From assembly GCA_951406725.2 (NCBI GenBank), contig OX597815.1:166346001-166410000 (forward strand): 64,000 nt of DNA, read 5' to 3'. The DNA comes from Octopus vulgaris. Lineage: Eukaryota. Positions 1 through 12,196 of this stretch are shown here, one piece after another (positions within the stretch are counted from its first letter, which is position 1; each line of letters starts with the position of its first letter). Position numbers and translations under genes: made by a program. The notes beneath the pieces are model-generated. The model saw nothing but the letters and a program-made list of their open reading frames with translations, was not told the origin of the DNA and did no database searches.

Positions 1-510
1 TATTTATTCTTGAGTAATACCTCTTATGGAAGTGCTGAGAGCAGAAATGCACCAGCAGCCGCCAGCAAGAAGGCCGGGTGCATTTCGGCTTTTTTGGACG
101 GCTATTCGCAACACCAGTGAATGTTTTATTCGCTGCCTACTTTATCGGAGGCGACGAATTCTCCAGGTATGTGGCTGGTTATGAGCGCACGTTACTGAAA
201 AGTTTTAAAAAACGGTTAAAATGCCTCTGGCGTTATTACTGCTGGGGAGATCTTTTGTTTTCTTCCGAAATTTATACTATGTTTTTAACACAAAATGTCC
301 ACAGATTTTACTTCAGTACAATACCGCAGTAACTGGCCAGTCAACAGTGTATATACATTAAGCATGATACCTAGTTGGCTAACTTAATTTAATACTACCT
401 CTATTACGTATACCGGACAATTAGTATAAGCCAATTTTTAGGTCATGCGTGACTTGTACACCTGTATGCATACACTGTACTTTGTGTTAATAATATAGGA
501 ACAAAGCCAA

Positions 511-720
511 AGACGGCGAGCTGGCATAATTGTTAGCATGCTGAGCAAAATACTAAGCGGAATTTCGTACGTTCTGAATACAAATGCCACCGGAGTCGAC
601 TTTGCCGTTTATCCTTTCCGGGTCGATTAAATAAGTTCCAGTTGAGAACTGGGGTCGATGAAATCGACCTACTCCCTCCCCCGATCTTGGTGGCCTTGTG
701 CCAAAATCTGTAACCAATAT
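511..720 (+). mobile_element. SINE family A (tRNA head + Nin/Deu-like central domain), diverged copy; two more decayed copies on the - strand at ~735-920 and ~950-1145
   Basis: GACGGCGAGCTGGC...GTCGACTTTGCCGTTTATCCTTTCCGGGTCGATTAAATAAGT matches the ~25 other copies in the window. Confidence 0.75.
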
Positions 721-1366
721 AGGAACAAAGTCAGAAAGTTTGGAAGAGGGTGTCAGTCGATTAACTCAACCCCAATACATTATTAGTACTTTTACCGGCC
801 CCTAGAAAATGAAAGACAAATCAACCTCGCTGGGATTTGAACTCTGGACATTAAAAACATTTACCAAATAACGCATTGTAATTTCTTCGATGCCCCAACG
901 ATTCCGCGAATTCCACCGCCCTGATTCTGTTTCATAATAATTGTTTCTAACGTAAGTACAAAACAAGCAATGGGGAAAATTTATCGATTTCATCGACTTC
1001 AGTACGTGGTTGGTATTTTATCTTATGGATTCCAGAAGGTTTCAAAGACAAAGTTGATTTTCGTTGGATTTGAACTCAGGATGTAAAGATCCATAAGTTA
1101 ATACCGAAAGGTATTTTCTTCGACGCTCTCAATATTTTGTGAATCCACTCTCATGATTGTATTTTGTAATAATAAACGCATGTATAAACATATATGTAGG
1201 TTTTTATATACATTATAATGCAAACATATCTATATTTGTTTATATCCACATTTATGTATCTGTGTATGTGAGAGAAAAAGTGAAAGAGTTTTGGGATAGT
1301 GAAACATGAAGAGGAAAAGAGAGAGAGAGAGGGGGGGCAGAGAGGGAGAGAGAGGGGGGAGATAGG

Positions 1367-1399
<33 letters not shown>

Positions 1400-1534
1400 A
1401 GAGAATGCAGCTGATGCAGCCTAAGTTATTTTTGAAGAAATAGTTGAAATATTTGTAAGTTCTTGGTGTAAATATAGCGATGCGAGATAAGAATATTTTG
1501 ACGTATTCCTGCCATGTGTCTATATCTTAACATT

Positions 1535-1535
1535 C

Positions 1536-1594
<59 letters not shown>

Positions 1595-1606
1595 CCTATC
1601 TATCTG

Positions 1607-1666
<60 letters not shown>

Positions 1667-1695
1667 CCTGTCTGTCTGTCTGTCTATCTATCTAG
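1535..1695. repeat. (TCTA)n microsatellite
   Basis: Direct reading. Confidence 0.95.
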
Positions 1696-1702
1696 CAGGC
1701 TG

Positions 1703-1735
<33 letters not shown>

Positions 1736-2114
1736 CTGCAGCTAGGCGCACAAAAGTTAGGTGGTACAATTCTAATACACTATGCTCGTTCTATGATGTA
1801 TGTTCAAAACTTACTGTATTTTATTAAGTATTATAAAGTGTTAGCTTAAAAGCCGCGCACTCCGGGCGGACTTTTATGCTAGCTCCTGCGAAGGGACAAG
1901 TTGGTCCGCGGCTCAAAACTAAATTGAGGGAAATAGCATGGTTATAAAATTTGTCTATAATGACTATAAGCCCTGATGGTGTTTGATCAGAGGTTAAGGA
2001 CGGATGAGAATTAATTCTGTAATGCAATCATTCTATTGTTCCAGTCCCAATTTGAATGCCAATTGTTGGCTGATTTGTCCCTAAGTTCTTATTCTTTCTT
2101 TTCTTTTTTTTTTT

Positions 2115-2313
2115 CTTTTACTTGTTTCAGTCATTTGACTGCGGCCATGCTGGAGCACCGCCTTTAGTCGAGCAAATCGACCCCGGGACTTATTCTTTGT
2201 AAGGCCAGTACTTATTCAATCGGTCTCTTTTACCAAACCACTAAGTGACGGGGACGTAAACACACCAGCATCGGTTGTCAAGCAATGCTAGGGGGACAAA
2301 CACAGACATAGAA

Positions 2314-2360
<47 letters not shown>

Positions 2361-2524
2361 TACGACAGGCTTCTTTCAGTTTCTGTCTACCAAATCCACT
2401 CACAAGGCATTGGTCGGCCCGGGGCTATAGCAGAAGACACTTGCCCAAGATGCCACGCAGTGGGACTGACCCGGAACCATGTGGTTGGTTAGCAAGCTAC
2501 TTACCACACAGCCACTCCTACGCC
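2115..2524 (-). mobile_element. SINE family B, full length, with internal (TA)n(TG)n tract
   Basis: Reverse complement of GGCGYAGGAGTGGCTGTGTGGTAAG...GGTTCAGTCCC (A/B-box-like head) through ...AATGACTGAAACAAGTAAAAG; same element at 31003, 38460, 58328. Confidence 0.85.
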
Positions 2525-2772
2525 TTTCTCGATTAAAATTAACAAAACGAATGTAATTTATTTCCCCTTGATCTCTGGCGTCATCCGATAAACGCCAACT
2601 AAGATAGCGTGAATCAGCAAAGCTTTACCTGCTAGAAATAACAACCCAAATGCTTTTAAATCCAATGCCAGATAATCAAGAACTAAATGCCGGGCGAATT
2701 TTCAATCCCGGGATTATCCTGATTCCAAAAAGGTATAATATATATATGTAGAGCAAATGTGAACTGAGATAC

Positions 2773-2817
<45 letters not shown>

Positions 2818-2822
<5 letters not shown>

Positions 2823-2980
2823 GCTTCTTTCAGTTTCCGTCTACCAAATCCACTCATAAGGCTTTGGTCAGCCTGAGGCTATAGTAGAAGACTCTTGCCC
2901 AAGGTGTCACGTTGTGGGACTGAACCCGGAATCATGTGGTTGGAAAGCAAGCTTCTTACCATACGCCCACGGCTGCGCCT
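2818..2980 (-). mobile_element. SINE family B, 5' half
   Basis: Matches head half of 2115-2524 and stops at the internal microsatellite. Confidence 0.8.
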
Positions 2981-3271
2981 ATCCACATAATCTTATATGG
3001 ATCCTCAAGGGCTATATGAACCACTGTTGAAAACCACTGATCCGGGCGTAACAGCAGCAATCATATATCTAACTGTACACATGAGATATACTCTTTAGAT
3101 TGTTATTAAGCAAAGAAATGATCCGTATCTATGTTTTTGTACGTATCGAATAATTCAGTTCAACTAATCTATGAATTACGTGCAAAAATCATTAATTGGA
3201 GACAAAAATATCAAAAGGATTTTATATGCTAATGATACGGTACAGTTTGCGAGTGAAATGAAACCATTATG

Positions 3272-3677
3272 GGATCTTTTCGGTTTGAACGGCAATTTTT
3301 AACATAATTTCTAGGTAACTAAAAAGTTTAAAACTTCGTATACTGGTAGAATATGATTATAAAACATCTTTTCCTTTTGGCTTTATTGAGAAAATTCTAT
3401 AGTTTGTAAGATATTTGCTGGTTTTTTCTTCAATTTCTGCAATTTCAACCAATCAATGACGTCCATTGACGTAAAAAAAACACTCTGTACTGTATGAATA
3501 TGTCCCTCGTTTAAGAAACATATTGGGTTTATTTACATTTGTGAAGAAAAAAAGATACCCCCCCAACCCTAACCCTAAAACAGATTGAAATGCAATTGAT
3601 CGGTACTAGGGATAATTGTGGGTGACAATTTCATATGACACCGCTAGAAAGAACTGCCGTTCAAACCGAAAAGATCC
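3272..3677. mobile_element. Non-autonomous DNA transposon (MITE), Merlin-like
   Basis: TIR GGATCTTTTCGGTTTGAACGGCA / TGCCGTTCAAACCGAAAAGATCC; 8-bp TSD CCATTATG (3264-3271, 3678-3685); GG termini plus 8-bp TSD fit Merlin; second copy at 55815. Confidence 0.85.
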
Positions 3678-4212
3678 CCATTATGCGACCGAAAATGCCA
3701 GAAAATAGGTTCTTGCAATGAAAAATTGAATTAAGTACACATGTACTATAAGTATACTAAGTAGACCACACGTACGTGTACGTGTGTGTATGTGAACGTA
3801 TGTGAGTGTATGTGTGTATGCGCGCTTGGGTGTGTTTCCGTGTGTGTGCGCATGCGTCTGTATGTATGTTTGTGTATGTGCGTGCGTGCGTGTGTGTGTG
3901 TATGTGTGGGCGAGCGTGTGTCTAGATTTAGCTTGTTTGCCAAAATGGCCGCTGCCCTGCGTCACTTCATACTTCACTTAACACGAGTTGCCTATCTTGT
4001 GTAGCTTTACCACCTTCAGCACACACACATACGTGTGTATATATATATATATGTGTGTGTGTGTGTGAATATATGCATGTATATGTATATATATATATGC
4101 TTATGTGTACATATATCTGTATGTACATAAGTATACATACATATATATATATACATAATATATAATGTATATATATACATAAATAAATATATATATATAT
4201 ATATATACATAA

Positions 4213-4272
<60 letters not shown>

Positions 4273-4417
4273 ATCTATCTATCTATCTATCTATCTCTCT
4301 ATATATATAACTATTTTAAATTTATATATGTATCTCTCTATCTCTCACTATATTGCATGTATTTATAAATATATATACAGTCATACATACATATATGTGT
4401 GTGTGTGTCTATGTATT

Positions 4418-4461
<44 letters not shown>

Positions 4462-5052
4462 TATATATATGTGTGTGTACATACATACATATATAGATAC
4501 ATACATACATACATACATACATACATACATACATACATACATACATGCATACATAAAAGATGTGAGTGTTTAAAAATCGCGAAAGAAGACGGATGTAAGG
4601 AAAGAGAAAGAGAATGAAAAAAAGCAGCAGATAAAGGAAGGAAACTGGAAGAAAAGATAGCCGCCTCAGCAAGACGTAGAGTGAAGGAAGAGCGCAAATG
4701 AGATACTTCGTGTTACCGAGAAACAGAATAAGGGGGTGAAAGTTTATCAGAGAGGGGTGAGAGATTAACAAATTAATTGACGTCAATTCAATTTATATGT
4801 ACTTCTTCGGTTAAGGGATGCGTTCAGAATGATGCAATTTAACTCCCTTCACGGCGCATGAACGTACTCAAATGTTGTAAATTTTAAGGAAGGCTTATTT
4901 TCATGTGAGTGTTGTATAAGTGTTGAGGGCAACTTAGATGTATTGAAGTGTTGCTAAAATGATACAGTGAAATATTACAACCTGCGCGAGTTTTAATATT
5001 TAATATAAATTTCTTATATACAAGTTTTAAAAGTGTATGCGTGAGAGAGAGT

Positions 5053-5101
<49 letters not shown>

Positions 5102-5527
5102 GGGGTATTTCTGTGTGTGTATTTGTGTGTGTGTGTGTATCACTTTTCCAATGTTCTGCTTGCTTATAATCAGAATTGACTCTGAAGAAAGTAGCATTGT
5201 TTCTCTAGGGCGTTCAATTTTTCTCAGCCGGTCGATGGGCCCATTGAGTAAACCAATCAATAACGAGGATATAATGACTACTGGAAATAGCTGTAAGTCA
5301 AATTTACAATGCATTCCTTCAAGACACTAGCAGAAGATCTTTCAGAGTCACGTTCGATTTTGCTTACTGCTGCAATGATGTCTGAGACAGTGAAAGTTAT
5401 GTCGGAGGTAATACTTTGAATATTAACTTCATTGAAATAATCTTAATCAGTCTCAGTAGGATCACTGGAGACGGAGCGATAAAGTTTCTGCAGGATTTTT
5501 ACCATTACTTTAGCTCTACTGGTGGTG

Positions 5528-5615
5528 GATGCTGGTCCAATGTTTCTTGTCCAATAAATAGAACGCTTTTTTTTTTGTAATAACCCAAACATCTGGTTGC
5601 TAGTATGCCCTAAGT

Positions 5616-5702
<87 letters not shown>

Positions 5703-6069
5703 TACATATAATTCGTGTTATGCGTAGAAGCGATGCACGTTACAAGAATTTCCAACTTGAGTCGAATAGGAAAAACTCAGGCGGTGAATGCTGGTCCAAT
5801 GTTCCTTGTCCAATGAATAGGACGCTTCTGGGAGTCTGCTGGGTTTTTTTTTTTTTTTTTGTAATTGTAATAACCCAAACAACTAGTTGCTAGTACGCCT
5901 AAACAAAATCATTACACACACGCACACACAGAGAAGCACACACACATACACACACACATACACCCACACACACACATACACAAACACACATATACATATA
6001 ATTCGTGTTATGCGTAGAAGCGATGCACGTTACAAGAATTTCCGACTCGAGTCGAATAGGAAAAACTCA
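5528..6069. repeat. Local tandem duplication, two ~250-280 bp units each containing a (CA)n tract
   Basis: ATGCTGGTCCAATGTT.CTTGTCCAAT...CATATAATTCGTGTTATGCGTAGAAGCGATGCACGTTACAAGAATTTCC...GGAAAAACTCA occurs twice. Confidence 0.85.
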
Positions 6070-6342
6070 CCCGAATTCTTATCACAGTATCTATGTGAAA
6101 TGGAATTAGGATTGGTTAACAAGAAAGGAAATAGATCATATAAAGTATAACAATAAAGTAAAACCACTGCATTTAATGCGTATGCTTGCGATATCTGCGC
6201 AAAAGATATAAAATGAATTTCATCTCTTACAAGAGAGGAAATTCCGTTTTCATATATTGCGCAGTTATCTGAAATATACGCATTAAATGCATTCAAAATT
6301 TCATCACTTGGTTCCACTTCATTTTTATACTTAATATATATA

Positions 6343-7103
6343 TAGGGCCGTCGCTAAGCCCTGCAACCCCTGAGGTCGTAGGAGGCCTCCGCGGTTGAGA
6401 TGCCCCATGTTAAGATCAAAGTACGTAGATGAGTCATTTATTTACTTTGGTAATTTTTGTAAATATATCCAAAATAGAAATATATATGTATATATATAAA
6501 TATATATCCTTTTATTTTTTTTCTTTTACTTGATTCAGTCATTTGACTGCGGCTATGCTGGAGCACCGCCTTAAAGTGTTATAGTCGAAAAAATCGACCA
6601 CAGGACTTATTCTTTGTTAGCTTAATTACCAAAGACGTTGAACAAGAATTAAACTATGCTAACAGAAAATTTCAATAAATAAACTGGTAATACATTATAC
6701 CTGCAAAAGTTCATGTAAAACTATTACATTGTACCACGAACGTGTACCAGACTTTGTGGATTGTTTATAATTACTATTAGACATGAACTTATATGATCTG
6801 TTTCCTTACATTCTAACCAATCCTAAATCTCGGCTTCATTATTCTGAACTGATCGATGATTTCGCAAAGCGAAAAGAGCGCCGTGTTTGTCGTTGAAAAG
6901 CTTCATGGATTATAAAAGTGCTGGACGTTAATAGACATAAATAAATTTAACTTGTACTTTTAAATATATTCTTTAGGATAACGTGAAATATTGAACTTCA
7001 GATAGAATAAAGTAATATATAGCTATGAATAAAGGATGCGTAGATTATGAGTTATGAATTTTGATTGAAGGGATGGGTGCCTCTAAGTCACACGACGGAG
7101 CTG
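6343..7103 (+). mobile_element. Internally deleted hAT transposon relic
   Basis: Imperfect termini TAGGGCCGTCG / CGACGGAGCTG flanked by TATATATA; 6783-6896 reads MNLYDLFPYILTNPKSRLHYSELIDDFAKRKERRVCR*, resembling the hAT transposase C-terminus (IDDFAxxKxRR). Confidence 0.6.
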
Positions 7104-7120
7104 TATATATAAATATATAA

Positions 7121-7153
<33 letters not shown>

Positions 7154-7777
7154 TTATGTGTCTGTGTGTGAGTATATATATATATAAATATATATCCTTT
7201 TCTATTTTTTCTTTTACTTGTTTCAGTCATTTGACTGCAGCTATGCTGGAGCACCGCCTTAAAGTGTTATAGTCGAAGAAATCGACCACAGGACTTATTC
7301 TTTGTTAGCTTAATATGTATTCTATCGCTCTCTTCTCGAACCGCCAAATTGCGGGGACGCAAACGCACCAACACCGGTTGTTAATCCGTGGCGGGAGATA
7401 CACATACACATATATCGCCTCAGAAAAGTCTCCGTCACATCCATGCCAGTACGGAGAAACAGACGTAAGACAGAAATCAACTGTAAATATGTACCCTGGG
7501 GTAAAACAATTTAGTAATGTACGCTGTGATCAGTAAAACTGCAAAATAAACGCCAATGAGTTTAACTTGAGCGGGTACACCGTAGGGCTTCTGTTAAACT
7601 CATTATCTCAACGGTCCAATTAGTTATGTGGCTTAATATTGATGTAATGTATCTCTTTCATCCGATATGTCTATCTGTCTGTCTATCTCTCTGTCAGTCA
7701 ATCTATATCTCTGCCTGCCTCTTTGTCTGTCTGCTTGTCTGTCTGTCAGTTTATGTATGTATAGATCTATCTATCTA

Positions 7778-8310
7778 TCTAGCGAATGTTTTAAAAAAAG
7801 ATGGGTGAATGTAGCAAGGATGGCACGTATGAATGACGAAGCCACCTTGAGCATAATCCTATGAACCCAGAAATTGAAAACAGAGGGTTACCCACTTGCA
7901 AACAAATGTGGTAACATATAACAATATTGACCAAGGTTACCGTGGTCTTTTTCGTAGGCTTTTCTTCCCACGGATAAACCTTACTTGCTTTCCCCTTTAC
8001 ACCATATATCATAACACTGTGATACACGATTCCTATTGATCATTTTTTTTCCTCTTCCCCCTTTTTTCTTCTTTTTTCATTTCTCTTTCCTTTTGTTCCT
8101 TTTCCTTTTCTTTTTTTTCCTTTTATTCCTTTTATTTTATTCAAATTTTTTTTTTGTTCTTTTCTTCCCTTTTACGATCCCTCTTGATCGAAAACCTACG
8201 CCACCCCTTTTTTATTCTTTTGTTTTTTGTTCTCTTCATCCCCCAAAAGAAAAGCTCTACCTTGTAACTTGTCCCATCTGTGTGCAGCCCTGTGTGGCCA
8301 ATAAAGAAAC
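7778..8310 (+). mobile_element. Tx1/L1-clade LINE, heavily 5'-truncated copy (last ORF2 codons + 3' UTR)
   Basis: Encodes [23 protein letters not shown], as in the longer copy; T-rich 3' UTR ending CAGCCCTGTGTGGCCAATAAAGAAAC; flanked by (TCTA)n on both sides. Confidence 0.85.
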
Positions 8311-8396
<86 letters not shown>

Positions 8397-8436
8397 CTCT
8401 CTCTATCTGTCTGTCTATCCATCTGTCTGTCTATCC

Positions 8437-8495
<59 letters not shown>

Positions 8496-8604
8496 GATCT
8501 ATCCATCCACGCATCTATCCATCCGTCCATCCATCCATCCATCCATCCATCCATCCATCCATCCATCCATCAATCCATCCATCCGTCCGTCTGTACATCT
8601 ATCG

Positions 8605-8636
<32 letters not shown>
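8311..8636. repeat. (TCTA)n/(TCCA)n compound microsatellite between the two LINE copies
   Basis: Direct reading. Confidence 0.95.
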
Positions 8637-8639
<3 letters not shown>

Positions 8640-9173
8640 GGCCCGGGACCTATGGACAACTTCCAGAGATCCCTGGCCTGGCGGTGCTACCGAGAAGCGC
8701 TACCCGTTCGGGATAAGCTCTATAGGCATGGCTCGAGAAACACGGGGCCGACCTGCCCGAGATGCGGGCAGAGCGACGAAACCGCTCTGCACGCAATCGT
8801 GCAGTGTCCAGCAATTTCCGACCTGTGGGCTTATGTCGAACGACTGCTGTCACGTGTGGGACGTGTCGGTTTATCAGCCGAGTCTATCGTTAATATCGTC
8901 ACGCCTCCTTCTTTCAAACGGGAAGGAAGAGCTATTTTTATCATACTTGTGGCTATGGCGAAAGAATGTATCTGGTGGACGCGCCTGAAAGGATTAGAGA
9001 CAAACACTTTCCTCTCTGGTCAATCTCTCATCAACTTCTTCAAGTATCACTTGAAGAGGAAAGTGAGAGTAGAGAGGCAAGTTTTGTCTAGTGAATGTTT
9101 TAAAAAAAGATGGGTGAATGTAGCAAGGATGGCACGTATGAATGACGAAGCCACCTTGACTATGATTCTATGA
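8637..9173 (+). pseudogene. LINE ORF2 C-terminal fragment with RT-associated zinc-binding (zf-RVT-type) domain
   Basis: [16 protein letters not shown]...[18 protein letters not shown]...LW...AKECIWWTR: CxxC-ET-xxH-xxxC and IWxxR motifs typical of L1/Tx1 ORF2. Confidence 0.85.
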
Positions 9174-9534
9174 ACCATAAAAATTAATACAGAGAGTTGC
9201 TTATTTGCAAAAAAAAAAAAAAGAAATATAACATGTGACTTCATTGACTGAGGTTACCGTGGTCTTTTCCGTAGGCTTTTCTTTCCACGGGTAAACCTCA
9301 CCTGTCCTCCCCTTTACACTTCATATTGACATTTCTGTGATAACGATCCCTATTATTCATTTTTTTCTCTCCCCCCCTTTTTTAACCCCTCCCCTTTTTT
9401 TTGTCCTTTTTCTTTCCTTTTACGATCCCTTTTGATCGAAAACCACCACTCTCCTTTTTTTTACCCCCAAAAGAAAAGCTCTACCTTGTAATTTGTTCTA
9501 TCTGTGTGCAGCCCTGTGTGGCTAATAAAGAAAC
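8637..9534 (+). mobile_element. Tx1/L1-clade LINE, 5'-truncated, ORF2 C-terminus + 3' UTR
   Basis: Open frame to stop at 9173 and the same 3' end as 7778-8310; embedded in (TCTA)n. Confidence 0.9.
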
Positions 9535-9535
9535 A

Positions 9536-9590
<55 letters not shown>

Positions 9591-10143
9591 ATACCCGTCT
9601 GTCTGTCTGTCTGTCCATCCGCCTATTGTAATCTTGTTAAAGTTTGTTCTTCCTCTCTTCATGGAAACTCCCTATTGCATTTTGTTTGTATCTAACAAAC
9701 AACGGCGGAAATAAGCAAGAGCAGGTTGTGAAGGAGGCGGATTTTTCTTTTTATTTATTTAGGAGGTGGATAAGAGTATAACGTTTTAAATTAAGCAGAG
9801 TCTAGTGGAAATTTATCAAAATCTAGCGGTGTAAGTGAAAACAGCGATGCAACTTGTCAACATATTATTAACTAAATATTCGACCTTTAAACCCATTGGT
9901 CCATATTTAAAGGTCAGGAATCAGTTTTAATTTGATTTGGCCCATTAGCGAGTAAAACCTTAAATAATTATCCAGGAATTGTTGCTCAAAACGAGACAGA
10001 AATACGAAGCATAAACTATGAATGTCGGTAGTCTTTTTACAAACAGAACTTCATTCTCTTCTATTCATTCCCCTCAATTAAAATGTGACAATCCGTCCCC
10101 ACCACATGAATCTGCGTAAAAGTGTGCATTCGTGTGTGTATCC

Positions 10144-10209
<66 letters not shown>

Positions 10210-10330
10210 ATGTCTTTATGTGTGGGTGTGTATACAGAGAGAGAGAGAGAAAGAGAGAGAAAGAAAAAGAGAGAGAGGCCCTTGAAACTCCAAGTCGCAT
10301 GGAGCCGAATCAAGCTGTTTTAAATAATGC

Positions 10331-10383
<53 letters not shown>

Positions 10384-10574
10384 CAACAGCATTTTCGCTG
10401 TTGACAGCACCAAAATAAACTCTTATCGAATAATGGCGTGAAATTGTAATGATCTTTGGTCGATGATTGATGAGGGATAAGCGTGTCCACGGCTTTATAT
10501 ATTTTTCACGAGTTATTTTGTCGACTTTCTGTGCAACTATTTATTGTGTGTGTACACACACACATACGCGCACG

Positions 10575-10617
<43 letters not shown>

Positions 10618-10990
10618 GCATAACGAAACGGGCAAGAATCCTAAAGGACTCCCTCAACCCAGGGAACATTCTGAACTCCAGAACGGAAGTCTTCGGACTG
10701 TGCTTGCATTTCAGGAAATTCTGCTATCCTATTGGAACCCACGAGTTTGCATGGCCACCGGCGATCGATAGTCAAACGGACACAACTTCTTCTGTTGATA
10801 TTGGCGATCGATAATAAAGGGGAAGTAATCCCCTTTGTTTTCATTGAGTAACGAGCTCATTTCCTCCTCATATTCTAGAGAGGCCTTTAGCCAACAGATT
10901 TTGGGATCTGGTGATACGCCATAGAGCCAGGCCCTTTATGGATGTGAAATCTAAGGTAATCCCATAAACCGGCCTTATCTAACTTTAATA
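10618..10990 (+). mobile_element. Penelope-like element 3' fragment (GIY-YIG endonuclease C-terminus + pseudo-LTR) ending in (TA)n
   Basis: ARILKDSLNPGNILNSRTEVFGLCLHFRKF resembles the PLE LNxRxE...CxHxxKF motif and is followed by a hammerhead motif. Confidence 0.65.
10902..10964 (+). ncRNA. Type I hammerhead ribozyme motif (core variant CUGGUGA)
   Basis: Stem I TGGGAT/ATCCCA; CTGGTGA; stem II CCATAGAG/CTTTATGG; GAAA; short stem III ATC/GGT; GTA cleavage triplet at 10956-10958. Confidence 0.7.
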
Positions 10991-11009
10991 TATATATATA
11001 TATATGTAC

Positions 11010-11061
<52 letters not shown>

Positions 11062-11150
11062 CCAGCGGGGTGACCCATTTCTATCAAAACAATGCGGGGA
11101 AGAGCATTGTGACCAGCGAAGAGCAACATCTGATAGCCTGGTCGGTCACG

Positions 11151-11204
<54 letters not shown>

Positions 11205-11366
11205 TTCTTTATCGAGTGAAAAAACGGTATGGACGGTTTGTTTTGGAGTCTCAAAATACCATGTACGCCTAGGAGGATTTACTTTCCCAATGATACTCTG
11301 TTTTTCCTCAAACTTTTTCTCAAACCTGCTATAATGTGATACATGCCTTTGGTGTGGTAATTGTAC

Positions 11367-11459
11367 GCGGCCGAAGAAGGCTTTTGATCTACCTGTTATA
11401 TCAATTATGCGTTGATATAAGAATAAGTTGTTCAATAAAGCCCGAGACATGTGTACCGC
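11367..11459 (+). ncRNA. Type I hammerhead-like motif with long stem II (degenerate core), in a PLE-like fragment ~11200-11565
   Basis: Stem I GCGG/CCGC; CCGAAGA; stem II GGCTTT/AAAGCC with inner TTATATCAA/TTGATATAA; GAGA; AC-ATGT-GT; GTA. Confidence 0.6.
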
Positions 11460-11561
11460 TAAATCCTTTGCGTCCTGTTTTTCTTTTGATACATATATCC
11501 TATCATCTCTACCACTAGCTGGCATATACAGGTGCTTACATTTACCAAGAATTCACCCTGA

Positions 11562-11616
<55 letters not shown>

Positions 11617-11640
11617 TATAGAGAGAGAGAGAGAGAGAGG

Positions 11641-11694
<54 letters not shown>

Positions 11695-12196
11695 CAGATA
11701 TATGTTTTGCTTAAAAGCAATGCATAGTACCGGAATTTTCGCCTTCAGTCAAGTACAATAAACAACTCCGAATCGTTGTTAGATTAACCGCGTTCTGAGT
11801 TCAAATTCCGCTGAGATTGACTTTAACTTTCATCCTTTTGAAGTCGTTGAAATAAGTACCATTTGAGCACTGGGTTTGATGTAACCGATTTAACCGCTGC
11901 TCTGAAATTGCTGGCTTTGTGCCAAAATTTGAAGCTAATATTATTGGCTCGAGGCTCGAAGAAGAAGAACAAATGATCAAGTATAAGTTATAGAGTGAAA
12001 GTATCGTCCTGTGTCGGATACAAAATGAAAAGACGAAGGAAGAGTGAAAAGTAAGAGAGGAAAAAACACGAGAAAATGTCAGAGAAATAGGAGTGAGCCA
12101 GGGAAAAAATGTACGCGGATGACTTACATGCTCGTTCTCTGATTAACCCGGAAGTGTAATTGAGAGGTAATTGTTGTTTTAATAGCAAGAGATCAC

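Noticed and set aside
26-183. Short ORF/exon MEVLRAEMHQQPPARRPGAFRLFW... with a possible CAG|GTATGT donor
   Set aside because: No recognisable homology and no partner exons; cannot be supported without transcript data.
3938-3970. YY1-like AAAATGGCCG plus TGCGTCA as a promoter
   Set aside because: Isolated short motifs with no linked gene.
8280-8636. N-terminal half of the 297-aa ORF
   Set aside because: Microsatellite read-through; only 8637-9173 is LINE-derived coding sequence.
11202-11525. 107-aa minus-strand ORF
   Set aside because: No recognisable domain; it is antisense to a structured PLE-like fragment.
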